Assembly (NCBI GenBank): GCA_963665235.2
Contig: CAXXLX010000001.1
Coordinates: 320,001 to 384,000, forward strand
Reading direction: 5' to 3'
From: Candidatus Poribacteria bacterium
GTDB taxonomy: Bacteria > Poribacteria > WGA-4E > WGA-3G
DNA length: 64,000 nt
The notes beneath the pieces are model-generated. The model made no database searches. It was not told the origin of the DNA and saw only the letters and a list, made by a program, of their open reading frames with translations. This document shows positions 1 to 9,608 of this stretch, piece after piece. The translations under genes and the position numbers were made by a program. Within the stretch, counting starts at the first letter, position 1, and each line of letters begins with the position of its first letter.

Positions 1-1
1 G

Positions 2-2662
2 ATTCCAGCAGCCACAGTCACAATTGGCACTGAGGAACAAACAACAGATGATGACGGTGCCGCTATGTTTAGCGACGTAGCAGGAGCACAGTCAGCACAG
101 GTCATGGCCATCGGTTTTGTTAGCAAACGGTTAAACGTCTCCGCGGGTCAGACAGAATTAACAGTGATGCTTGCCCCGCTCCAAACGATTGAATCGGTCG
201 TTGTGGTAGGTACGCGGAGCATCGGACGACAAGCCTTGCTAGCACCGGTACCGATTGAAGTCGTTAACAGGAAACAGCTCAGCCTTACAGGTCAATCCGA
301 AACCGGCCGCATCCTACAGATGTTAGTGCCCTCCTTTAACTTTCCAAGTTCATCCATTAGTGACGGAACAGATGCGTTACGTCCTGCAACATTACGCGGT
401 TTGGGCCCCGATCAGACGTTAGTATTGGTCAACGGCAAACGTCGTCATAAAAGCGCGTTGCTCCACATCAATACCTCGGTAGGTCGTGGTACTGCCGGCA
501 CAGATTTCAACGCCATTCCATCCGCCGCAATAGAGCGGATTGAAGTCCTTCGCGACGGCGCAGCTGCCCAATACGGCTCAGATGCTATCGCTGGCGTTAT
601 TAACATTGTCCTCAAAGACGACATCGACACAGGCGACGCAAACTTTTACTGGGGACAAACCTACGAAGGCGATGGAGATACATGGATTGGAAACGCCAAT
701 TACGGCATGAAAGCAGGTAAAGATGGATTTATCAATCTCACAGTAGAATGGCGAGACAGATACCGCACCAACCGTGCGGGTCTTACAGGTACACGCCAAT
801 ATGACTGGATAGAAGAAGACCCAGGCAGACCAGCCGACCAAATTCTTGAAATTGAAAACGAAGACGGTACCGTGACAGAGAAACCGGTGTGGTTTGACCC
901 GCGCGAATACACATTCGAGCGCCAGAACTTCCGAATCGGTGATTCCGACTCGTCACAAAAGGTCGGATTTTACAACTTTGGACTACCGATAGCCAACGGC
1001 TTAGACCTCTACTCATTCGGCGGGTATTCTACACGTCAAAACAATAGTGCCGGTTTCTATCGGAGAGCCAATCAAGCAGAACGAACGGTGACAGAAATTT
1101 ATCCGGACGGTTTCCTGCCCGAAATTAACACCAATATCGAAGACCTCTCCCTTGCACTGGGAATGGCATGGACACATGAAACGACCGACCTCAATGTGGA
1201 TGTCAGTGTCAATCACGGTTTGAATACATTTGACTTTTTCATCTCCAACTCGCTGAATGCGTCTTACGGCATAGCAAGTCCTACTGAAGCAGATGCGGGT
1301 GGATTTGAACTGTCCCAAACAGCATTCAATTTAGACATTACCTATCCGCTCGATTATCAATCTTCGCTCATCAATTTGGCGGGGGGTATAGAATTTAGAC
1401 GTGAAGCCTACGGTATTCATGCAGGTGAAATGGCTTCATGGAATAACGCTGGACTCGGTGCTGCGGGAGCTGCCTCCGGTATTCAGGTCTTCCCCGGTTT
1501 CCGACCTAACCAAGAAACAGACGAAAACCGAACCAACATCGCAGCGTATGCTGACTTTGAATCCTATCTCAGCGGGCAACCCGGTAGTGGGATTCTCCTC
1601 GGCGCAGCTGTACGCGGAGAGCAGTATAGCGACTTCGGTTCCACCCTCACAGGTAAAGTCACAGCACGATACGACGTTATGAAAGAGGTCGCAGTCCGTG
1701 CTGCAGGTAGCACAGGCTTCCGAGCTCCTTCACTCCAACAGCTCTATTTCAACAACATTAGCACACAATTCAACATAGATGTTGATGACATTGATGGTGA
1801 CGGCGACACGACAGAACTGGTCGCTCTTGAAGTGGGTACGTTCCGCAATGACAGCGAAGCGGCACGCGCCCTTGGTATCCCTGAATTGAAAGAGGAAACC
1901 GCTTTTAACGTCTCCGGCGGGGTCGTACTGAAACCGCTCGAGAAACTATGGGTAACCGTAGACGGTTTCCTCATTCAAATTGACGACCGTATTGTCATTA
2001 GCGGTAGATTTGGTGCAGATAAAGTACCCGGTTTAAAAGAAGCGGGTGCTAACGAAGCGCAGGTCTTCACAAACGTCGCGCAAACCCGAACGACAGGCGT
2101 TGACGTAGCCGCTGGCTATTTATACGCCTTCGACAACGAATCCCTTCTCAACCTGAAAGCCGCTTTGACCTGGGCTGATACCGAAGTTATCGGTGATGTG
2201 GAAGCCCCCGAAATTCTGGTCGGCCTTGAGGATACGTTGTTTCCCTCACAGGAACGTTCCATGATTGAAGAGTGGCAACCGAACACCCGAATAAACATTA
2301 GCGCGGATTACATCGTCGGGGGGCTCACCATCGGCGGGGCATTGCGTTACTTCGGTGAATATACCGTTCAGGAAGGAAGTGGCGACGACCCGGCACGCCA
2401 AACTTATGGCGGAAAATGGCTAACCGATATCCAGAGCAATTATCAACTCAACGAAGGACTTTCGTTGACAATCGGGGCAAACAATCTGTTTGACCAGTTG
2501 CCTGATGAAAACGAGATTGGCCAATCACGCGGGGGTACATTAGAGGATGGCAACAAGGATGTCATCGTTGACTCCCCCGGTGTCTTCACCTATTCCAGAA
2601 GGTCCGTGCCGTTCGGTTTCAACGGCGGACTTTACTACGCGAAGCTTTCATATAGCTTCTAA
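2..2662 (+). CDS. TonB-dependent outer membrane receptor (5' end outside window)
   Basis: Plug motifs LRGLGPDQTLVLVNGKR and IERIEVLRDGAAAQYGSDAIAGVINIVLK, beta-barrel, terminal Phe (YAKLSYSF). Frame is open back to position 2. Confidence 0.95.
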   Translation: MPAATVTIGTEEQTTDDDGAAMFSDVAGAQSAQVMAIGFVSKRLNVSAGQTELTVMLAPLQTIESVVVVGTRSIGRQALLAPVPIEVVNRKQLSLTGQSETGRILQMLVPSFNFPSSSISDGTDALRPATLRGLGPDQTLVLVNGKRRHKSALLHINTSVGRGTAGTDFNAIPSAAIERIEVLRDGAAAQYGSDAIAGVINIVLKDDIDTGDANFYWGQTYEGDGDTWIGNANYGMKAGKDGFINLTVEWRDRYRTNRAGLTGTRQYDWIEEDPGRPADQILEIENEDGTVTEKPVWFDPREYTFERQNFRIGDSDSSQKVGFYNFGLPIANGLDLYSFGGYSTRQNNSAGFYRRANQAERTVTEIYPDGFLPEINTNIEDLSLALGMAWTHETTDLNVDVSVNHGLNTFDFFISNSLNASYGIASPTEADAGGFELSQTAFNLDITYPLDYQSSLINLAGGIEFRREAYGIHAGEMASWNNAGLGAAGAASGIQVFPGFRPNQETDENRTNIAAYADFESYLSGQPGSGILLGAAVRGEQYSDFGSTLTGKVTARYDVMKEVAVRAAGSTGFRAPSLQQLYFNNISTQFNIDVDDIDGDGDTTELVALEVGTFRNDSEAARALGIPELKEETAFNVSGGVVLKPLEKLWVTVDGFLIQIDDRIVISGRFGADKVPGLKEAGANEAQVFTNVAQTRTTGVDVAAGYLYAFDNESLLNLKAALTWADTEVIGDVEAPEILVGLEDTLFPSQERSMIEEWQPNTRINISADYIVGGLTIGGALRYFGEYTVQEGSGDDPARQTYGGKWLTDIQSNYQLNEGLSLTIGANNLFDQLPDENEIGQSRGGTLEDGNKDVIVDSPGVFTYSRRSVPFGFNGGLYYAKLSYSF

Positions 2663-2675
2663 ACCGGTTCCGTTT

Positions 2676-2704
2676 TGTAGGCGTGCTTTGTAAGCGCGCC
2701 TACA
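2676..2704. repeat. REP-like palindrome between convergent genes (possible terminator)
   Basis: TGTAGGCGTGCTTTGTAAGCGCGCCTACA hairpin; partial copy at ~8536-8554. Confidence 0.6.
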
Positions 2705-2713
2705 CCCACATCA

Positions 2714-4072
2714 TCATACGGGCCACCGCGCCTGAAATTGTGCAACCATCGCCTCCGGTCCACCGTGCTTCCCCAAAAATTCCAAAAACGCCTGATAGAG
2801 CCGCCGTGCCTCATCCGTATCCGATTCAAACCGATTCGTCAACTGCGCTGGGTCGGTCGGAAGATGGAACAGCTGTTTCGGCGCGCCCTTATTTTCTAAC
2901 AGCAGCGACCACGTACCATCCGTAATACTCCCGTGCGGGCTGCCGCCATCTGGGCTCCATCCGCCACCCCAAGCCCCGTGCGTAACAGCATAGTCACTGC
3001 CGGTGTCGGTCTCTCCGAGCACTATCGGCAGCAGACTATTGCCTTCAACCTGCCTGCCCCGCTCGGCACTGAACACATCAATCACCGTTGCTGGCATGTC
3101 AATAATACTTGCAAGTGCGTCTGTCCGGCGAGGCGTTGCCTCCGGATGATAAACAAGCAGCGGTATATGCACAATCTCCTCATACATACCGAGATTTTTG
3201 GCGATAAGCCCATGTTCACCCAATAAAAATCCGTGATCGGCCATGAAAATCACCATCGTGTTTTCCATCAACCCCATATAGTCAATCTTCTGGAGCAGCT
3301 GCCCAATATAGTTGTCCACAAGGCACGCCTCAGCACGATAGAGGGCATTGAGACGCTGCGTCGTGCGTTCGTCCATCTTATTTGGCCCGTAAGTCGGATA
3401 GATAGGTTCCGGCCCGTCGTAATCGTCCGGGTCAAACCGTCTGATATACCAATCGGGTACGTCCCACGGTTCATGCGGGTCGAACGTGTCCACCATCAGA
3501 TAAAAATTGTCGTGTTGATAGTTGCGTTCCAGCCAGTCGCACGCCGTTTGCACCGTTTGTGCGACGAACGTGTCGCCTTCGTTCCGCCGAAAGTCGCTGT
3601 TTTTGAGGTGATTGCTTAATCCTGGGGGTAACGTGTTCGGATGCGGGCGCGTGTGTTCACGATATCGCAGTGCTATTTCCGTGTCATAGTCGTACGGGTG
3701 TGTTTCCAAAGTGTCGCTCTCCTGCCCACGAATCCATTTCCATCCTGTGAATCCTCGGTTATACAAGAAACCGTTGTTGAGATGGTGCGGTGTATCCGCA
3801 ATCATCATACTGACCACCCCCGCCTTCGTTAAGGCGTTCGCAATTACCGGTACGTTGCGTTGCAGCGGTTCCCATCCTCGGCGGCATATCCCTACCTCCC
3901 CCGTCACTAAATCGCCACGGATCGGCACGGTGGGATAGCTACAGACGTAGGCTTTATCAAAAACGACACATTTTTCTGCAAAGGCGTTAAGTGCAGGACT
4001 ATATCCCCTTCCGCCATAAATTTCTAGGTTATCTCGTCTAAACGTATCTGAAATAATATGGATAATATTCAC
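2714..4072 (-). CDS. Sulfatase/alkaline-phosphatase superfamily hydrolase with Thr at the nucleophile position
   Basis: NIIHIISDTFRRD, TVPIR in place of CxPxR, DPHEPW, ADHG metal motifs. Confidence 0.85.
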   Translation of the reverse strand: MNIIHIISDTFRRDNLEIYGGRGYSPALNAFAEKCVVFDKAYVCSYPTVPIRGDLVTGEVGICRRGWEPLQRNVPVIANALTKAGVVSMMIADTPHHLNNGFLYNRGFTGWKWIRGQESDTLETHPYDYDTEIALRYREHTRPHPNTLPPGLSNHLKNSDFRRNEGDTFVAQTVQTACDWLERNYQHDNFYLMVDTFDPHEPWDVPDWYIRRFDPDDYDGPEPIYPTYGPNKMDERTTQRLNALYRAEACLVDNYIGQLLQKIDYMGLMENTMVIFMADHGFLLGEHGLIAKNLGMYEEIVHIPLLVYHPEATPRRTDALASIIDMPATVIDVFSAERGRQVEGNSLLPIVLGETDTGSDYAVTHGAWGGGWSPDGGSPHGSITDGTWSLLLENKGAPKQLFHLPTDPAQLTNRFESDTDEARRLYQAFLEFLGKHGGPEAMVAQFQARWPV

Positions 4073-4315
4073 ACTGTTTCTCCAAAATTTGAGCGATTTA
4101 TTAGATTATACCGCATTTTCGTTTTCTTGGGGTATAATTTTCCAAACCGCACTAGCCACCTAAAATTGAGACAAAAACAGGCAATTTTTCACTTTTGTCA
4201 CAGATTTTTCAGAGAATTTGTAAAAAAATCTCTAATTTGCTATTAACTTTTTCTGTTTAACGTATATATAAAGAGTAGAACAGGTTAAGGGTGTCTCGAG
4301 CAAAAACATTGATAA

Positions 4316-4687
4316 AACGGTGACATCCTTTTCGCCGGTTGTTACCACTACTATGAAGACAAGACTTTCACCGTTTATTGGGCATACCGGCTTGTTGTCG
4401 ATGAGAATCCATTTAAGTATGAGGCAAATCCGAAATACAGCATTTCTCTGCCGCCATTCGATCCGAAGACTCAAGCCATGCCAGTCAGTCTCGATGACTC
4501 TGAAACGCTCTGGGTGAACGTAAACGACCTGCCTGTGATAGGAGAGGCTCAGGACTTCCACATGACCGCGTATACTCGCATTGATGCGGATTTTACGGAC
4601 GAGGGTTTGAAGAGAAGGTTTTCCTGGAAGGACTGTAAAAACAGAGTCCGTTTTTGGCACAGACCACCCCCAGGCCGCCGGTGGTAA
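4316..4687 (+). pseudogene. 5'-truncated small hypothetical protein upstream of the TolB pair
   Basis: The 4478-4687 ORF frame extends upstream without a start codon to an in-frame stop at 4313 (NGDILFAGCYHYYEDKTF...). Confidence 0.4.
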
Positions 4688-4695
4688 AATAACGC

Positions 4696-4735
4696 AGATG
4701 TTTCCCTTCATATTCTCACATGAAGGGAAACATCT
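4696..4735 (+). promoter_or_regulatory. 16-bp perfect stem hairpin just upstream of the RBS (copy 1)
   Basis: AGATGTTTCCCTTCAT-ATTCTCAC-ATGAAGGGAAACATCT; second copy at 5863-5902 with a compensatory C-G pair. Confidence 0.7.
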
Positions 4736-4759
4736 CATTCAGCTATAGGAGAAAAAACA

Positions 4760-5734
4760 GTGCGCAACCTTTTTATTTTCAGCATACTCTTCTTATGTAT
4801 CGTGCCCTTTGCCTCCGCAAAAATCGTGTGGATGGCCGCCTGGGAAATCTGGGTCATGGACGATGATGGCAGCAACCGCCAAAGATTGACACATAATAAT
4901 ATTTATGACGAACAACCACGTTGGTCCCCCAACGGGAAGTGGATCGTTTTTGGGCGCGAACAACCTAGGGAAACCAATGAACAGAATCACGATCTGTTCC
5001 TCATGAATATAGATGGAACACAGGTCCGCAAACTTACCACCTACACAGGACTTGATGTAAATCCAAACTGGTCGCCTGATAGTCAACACATAGTCTTTTC
5101 AAGCACAAGAAGTGATGCATGGAGTGTTCATATCATGGATGTTGAGACACAAGACGTGCATGAACTCACACGCGTCATGAAAGATCAATCGGCGGGGAGT
5201 GCCACGTGGTCACCTGATGGGAAACGGATTGCCTATGTAGGCAAAAATCTAAACCCCTTCCAATCCGCTATCTACATCATCGGTGCGGATGGTAAAAACC
5301 CACGGCCTCTCTTCCCCCCTGTGAATTCCCTGCACTATTCCGTTGACTGGTCGCCGGATGGAAAGCATATTCTGTATGGCATGGCAAAAGCCGAAGGCAA
5401 CCTGCTAATTTCAAATAAAATCGTCATCCGGACCGTTAATGGACATTTGGTCCAAGAGGTGGAAATGCCATCAATCGCAAAATGGTTTATACACTCCGCT
5501 TGTTGGATGGGAACGAAACATATTCTCATTTACGCCCAAGAAGACCATAAAGCCCCGGATGGTGGGCAGAGTGATATCTATCGGTATACACTCGCCACAG
5601 ATGAAATAGTCAATCTCACAAACTCCCCAATAGATAACGATTGTTTTCCGGATTGGATAGATGATGGGGCACTAGCTGTTGCCCCGGTGAGCAAACTCGC
5701 CATCCGATGGGCACAACTCAAGAAAATCCATTAA
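4760..5734 (+). CDS. Secreted TolB-like PD40 beta-propeller, copy 1, with C-terminal KLxxxWxxLK tail
   Basis: Signal peptide, repeated P-x-WSP(D/N)G motifs, RBS AGGAGA, tail VAPVSKLAIRWAQLK. Confidence 0.9.
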   Translation: MRNLFIFSILFLCIVPFASAKIVWMAAWEIWVMDDDGSNRQRLTHNNIYDEQPRWSPNGKWIVFGREQPRETNEQNHDLFLMNIDGTQVRKLTTYTGLDVNPNWSPDSQHIVFSSTRSDAWSVHIMDVETQDVHELTRVMKDQSAGSATWSPDGKRIAYVGKNLNPFQSAIYIIGADGKNPRPLFPPVNSLHYSVDWSPDGKHILYGMAKAEGNLLISNKIVIRTVNGHLVQEVEMPSIAKWFIHSACWMGTKHILIYAQEDHKAPDGGQSDIYRYTLATDEIVNLTNSPIDNDCFPDWIDDGALAVAPVSKLAIRWAQLKKIH

Positions 5735-5862
5735 GACAGAAGCACAACTAATGCGGCTAGACTGTGTTCACATTCAAAAAATAGTTGATATTTCTAAATA
5801 CTTTTGGTATATTGTCTCTATGGATATGAAAACGCACACGCTCTTGTAAGAACTCCGATCGC

Positions 5863-5902
5863 AGATGTTTCCCTTCACATTCTCACGTGAAGGGAAACAT
5901 CT
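5863..5902 (+). promoter_or_regulatory. Leader hairpin copy 2
   Basis: AGATGTTTCCCTTCAC-ATTCTCAC-GTGAAGGGAAACATCT. Confidence 0.7.
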
Positions 5903-5926
5903 CATTCAGCTATAGGAGAAAAAGCA

Positions 5927-6901
5927 ATGCGCAAACTTTTTATTCTCAGCGTCCTTTTCATCAGTATCGCGCCCTGTGCCCCCGCAAAAATCGTGTGGAT
6001 GGCCGCCTGGGAAATCTGGGTCATGGACGATGATGGCAGCAACCGCCAAAGATTGACATATAATGATATCTATGACACGAAACCGCGCTGGTCACCCAAT
6101 GGAAAGTGGATCGCTTTTGAACGCGCACAGGAAAGGGAAACCAATGAACAGAACCATGACCTATTCCTCATGAATATAGATGGAACACAGGTCCGCAAAC
6201 TTACCACCTACACAGGACTTGATGTAAATCCAGACTGGTCGCCTGATAGTCAACATATAGTCTTTACAAGCACACGAACGGATGCCTACAGCGTTCATAT
6301 CATGGATGTTGAGACGCAAGACGTGCATGAACTCACACGCGTCATGAAGGATGAATCGGAGGGGAGTGCCACGTGGTCACCTGATGGGAAACGGATTGCC
6401 TATGTAGGCAAAAATCTAAATCCCTTTCAATCTGCTATCTACATCATCGGCGCGGATGGTAAAAACCCACGGCCCCTCGTCCGCCATGAGGTCGCACAGC
6501 ACTATTCCCTCCGCTGGTCACCTGATGGAAAACAAATATTGTATGTCGTGGCAAAATACGAAGGCAGGCGTGTTCTCTTAAATCAAATTGTCATTCGGAC
6601 CATTGATGGGCGTTTAGTAAAAGAGGTGGAAATGCCATCAATCGCAAAATGGCATATAAACGCCGCCTGTTGGATGGGAACGAAACATGTGCTCATTTAC
6701 GCCATAGAAGACTATACCGCCCCGGATGGGGGGCAGAGTGATATCTACAAGTATACACTCGCTACCGATGAGATAGTCAATCTAACGAACTCCCCAATAG
6801 ATAACGACGGTTTTCCGGATTGGATAGATGATGGGGCACTAGCTGTTTCTCCTGTGAGCAAACTCGCCATCCGATGGGCACAACTCAAGCGAATCCATTA
6901 A
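5927..6901 (+). CDS. Secreted TolB-like PD40 beta-propeller, copy 2
   Basis: 324-aa paralog of 4760-5734; tail VSPVSKLAIRWAQLK. Confidence 0.9.
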   Translation: MRKLFILSVLFISIAPCAPAKIVWMAAWEIWVMDDDGSNRQRLTYNDIYDTKPRWSPNGKWIAFERAQERETNEQNHDLFLMNIDGTQVRKLTTYTGLDVNPDWSPDSQHIVFTSTRTDAYSVHIMDVETQDVHELTRVMKDESEGSATWSPDGKRIAYVGKNLNPFQSAIYIIGADGKNPRPLVRHEVAQHYSLRWSPDGKQILYVVAKYEGRRVLLNQIVIRTIDGRLVKEVEMPSIAKWHINAACWMGTKHVLIYAIEDYTAPDGGQSDIYKYTLATDEIVNLTNSPIDNDGFPDWIDDGALAVSPVSKLAIRWAQLKRIH

Positions 6902-7049
6902 GACGGAAGCACAACTAATGCGGATAGACGGTGTTCACATTCAATGTCCCTGGCGAGTAAAAAAAACGACTTGACTTTTTACCGCTCTTCCGCTAAGGTT
7001 ACCCCATGCTTCAGCTTGGGGATGTAAGCGGCATCCGGTGTGAAAGCAA

Positions 7050-8506
7050 GGGTGTGTAAAGTTTTTGTACAAATCCTTGTTGTCAGGAAAATAAAAAAAT
7101 GGTATCCTTTCTAAATAATAAACTTGTGAAAAAAGAGAGGATACCAATGTTTAGTATATCATTAGAAAGTTGTGAAGTCAAGGAAAATGCGTCGATGTGT
7201 CAAGCGATAGTGGATGAGATAAATGCTTTTTTTGCGGGTCTGTCTTCTGAAGGGTCTGTCTCGTTAGAAGAAGCGGAGCGTCGTGTTTTAGAGGTATCTC
7301 GTTCGTTTGGTCAAAAGTGTTTGACGTTAGTAGCGTCTGAACAATCGAGTGCGGGGTCGTGCGAAGAGGTAAAGTGTCCTGTGCCTGACTGTGACAATGT
7401 GTGTCGTCGTTGGGTAGAGCGTCCGCGTTATGTGTCGACGCTTTGTGGTTTGATTTTAGTGCCGCGTTGGGTTTATCGTTGTAGTTCGGGGCATACTCAC
7501 GCCCCGTGGGATGGTGCGTCTCGGTTGCGTGGTCAATACACGCATGCTGTAGCAGAGGCGATGTGTCGTTTGTGTTCTCGTTTAGACTTTAGAGAAGCGG
7601 AGTCGGAGTTGTTGCGTCAGGGTATAGAAGTGAGCCATACGACGCTGCATCAAATGGTAGGTAAATGGTCAGAAGGGTTGTGTGTCTCGGCGGAGGTAGA
7701 GGTGCAAACCTTAGGGCTTGATGAGAGGTGGTATATTGAGTGTGATGGGTGTCATACGAACTCGCCTATAGGATATAAGGAGGTGAAGGTTGGCACCGTT
7801 TATAGAGATTATCCGCAACCGGCGGGGTCAAGGGGGATACCATCGGCACGCCCAGATAGCATTCGGTATGTTGCCTCGCGTGATAAGGCGGAGGACTTTG
7901 GTAAATCGTTGTATGCGTTAGCCACAAACAGCGGTATGTATAAAGAGGATATAGAGACGCAGGAGATTGTGTTTATCGCCGATGGTGCCGCGTGGATATG
8001 GAACTTAGCGGATGAACACTTCCTCAATGCTGTGCAGATTGTCGATTACATGCACGCCAAATCGCATCTGTATACCGCTGCCAAAGTCGCCTATGGAGAA
8101 GCAGAGACCGAGGCGATAGAACAATGGGTGCGAACCATAGAACCGCTACTCTCTGATGGCAACATCGCAGAACTTATCGCACACATTCACGCTTTAGACA
8201 CACAGACCCCCGAAGCCGCGGAGACCTTACAACGAGAAGCACGCTATTTTGAAAAACACCAAAAGCGAATGCAGTATAAGACCTTTAGGGATAAAGGAAA
8301 CCATAAGATTGGAAGTGGCGTGATTGAGAGTGCCTGTAAACATGTCGTCGCACAGAGATGTAAACAGGCAGGAATGCGATGGGAAAAAGAGGGTATCGAG
8401 GCGGTTCTCGCTTTTCGCTGTCTGGATAAAAATAACGCCTGGGACAACTATTGGTATCCAGAAACAAAGGTTTCCGCATAGACTTGTACAAAAACTTTAC
8501 ACACCC
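7050..8506 (+). mobile_element. ISKra4-family insertion sequence
   Basis: Perfect 23-bp terminal IRs GGGTGTGTAAAGTTTTTGTACAA (7050-7072, 8484-8506) flanking a transposase. Confidence 0.9.
7147..8481 (+). CDS. ISKra4/IS256-like DDE transposase
   Basis: ECDG, FIADGAAWIW, VDYMHA, IGSGVIESACKHVV-RCKQAGMRW motifs; N-terminal Cys/His cluster. Confidence 0.9.
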   Translation: MFSISLESCEVKENASMCQAIVDEINAFFAGLSSEGSVSLEEAERRVLEVSRSFGQKCLTLVASEQSSAGSCEEVKCPVPDCDNVCRRWVERPRYVSTLCGLILVPRWVYRCSSGHTHAPWDGASRLRGQYTHAVAEAMCRLCSRLDFREAESELLRQGIEVSHTTLHQMVGKWSEGLCVSAEVEVQTLGLDERWYIECDGCHTNSPIGYKEVKVGTVYRDYPQPAGSRGIPSARPDSIRYVASRDKAEDFGKSLYALATNSGMYKEDIETQEIVFIADGAAWIWNLADEHFLNAVQIVDYMHAKSHLYTAAKVAYGEAETEAIEQWVRTIEPLLSDGNIAELIAHIHALDTQTPEAAETLQREARYFEKHQKRMQYKTFRDKGNHKIGSGVIESACKHVVAQRCKQAGMRWEKEGIEAVLAFRCLDKNNAWDNYWYPETKVSA

Positions 8507-8961
8507 TTAGGTGACCCCTAGCGTTCGTAGATAGACTTTGTAAGCACGCCTACAAACGCCTTACTTAGGCGATGCGCTTGTAATCCGAGATTAGGCAGAT
8601 AACGGAGAGGGTTCCTTCGTACTTGTTCTTGTTATTCACAATAATAAATGTGACATAACTTGTAATCTGACGATACATTTACGGTTTAGCTATACTTCTA
8701 CACCGCTTACCTGCATTTACGTTGACGCAGGCACTCAATTAGCGGCTGGGACCGCTGCCGCTGCATGCATCGGCGGGGTGCTTCCGACTCCCGCGGCTAC
8801 GCAAGCACGTCTTAAGACATCTTTTTGATTCCGTTCGATGAACAAGAATCCACTGCCACTTAGGGGGCAGAGGTGCAAATAACGCTCACAGAAATCAAAA
8901 TGTGTTTACAGTTTATCTCATAAATCGTCTACCTGATGCCTTTTAGAAACCATATCATCAT

Positions 8962-9033
8962 TGTAGGGGCGAGGTTGCCTCGCCTGATAAAGAAAGGGCT
9001 CTTATAGTCGGGCGGGGTGACCCCGCCCCTACA
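8962..9033. repeat. REP doublet (GTAGGGGCG...CGCCCCTAC type)
   Basis: TGTAGGGGCGAGGTTGCCTCGCC and the inverted GGGCGGGGTGACCCCGCCCCTACA. Confidence 0.7.
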
Positions 9034-9134
9034 AGTCCTTTATGAGATACGCTCTACTTACCAGGACCAGTACTCTGGTAATAGTGTTGTAGCGGTAGCA
9101 CCATCAGAAGGACTCTCTTGTCCTCCTAACATAT

Positions 9135-9602
9135 CTACGGGAGCCCCCCTATGAATGTAAAGGAATAACAATCATTAATATAATCACGGGGATTGTCTGA
9201 TGCGCCCCTGGGGAGAATCTCATTATAGCTAGATTCTCTACTATCCCAAAAAACGCCATATTTTGTATAATCGCTTGGTTTATCTCTTGGGGATAAATCT
9301 TCATCAACAATCCCCTTTCCCGAACGATATATGGAGGTATCAATCCAGTACGTTGACTTATAACTTTCATCTTTGCACTCGACATATCCGTATGCGTACC
9401 AACGCATCTTCCCTGTGTGCCATGTATAGATTGTGCCATTTGCCCGCATCGGCTTATGTGAATCATAATCACGCATATAATACATAGGGGATACACCGTC
9501 GATACGGTGTTCGTCTACAACAGGTTTTAAATTATGTGAAAAAACGATACCTATACCCGCGAAAAATAAGCTTGTAATAATTAAAAAATAAAGATTTTTC
9601 AT
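9135..9602 (-). CDS. Small secreted hypothetical protein (transposon cargo)
   Basis: Signal-peptide-like N-terminus, RBS AAGGAG, Tyr/Trp-rich. Confidence 0.7.
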   Translation of the reverse strand: MKNLYFLIITSLFFAGIGIVFSHNLKPVVDEHRIDGVSPMYYMRDYDSHKPMRANGTIYTWHTGKMRWYAYGYVECKDESYKSTYWIDTSIYRSGKGIVDEDLSPRDKPSDYTKYGVFWDSRESSYNEILPRGASDNPRDYINDCYSFTFIGGLP

Positions 9603-9608
9603 GATAAG

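Larger units (their letters stand above)
4693..6944 (+). repeat. Tandem duplication (4693-5777 and 5860-6944, offset 1167 bp)
   Basis: Near-identical leader, CDS and 3' trailer. Confidence 0.95.

Noticed and set aside
4693-6944. Diversity-generating retroelement TR/VR pair
   Set aside because: Whole-gene duplication with differences not restricted to adenines, and no reverse transcriptase in the window
8520-9130. Possible ncRNA or small ORFs in the transposon cargo
   Set aside because: Only REP-like palindromes and a GC-rich patch are visible; no family or convincing ORF could be supported
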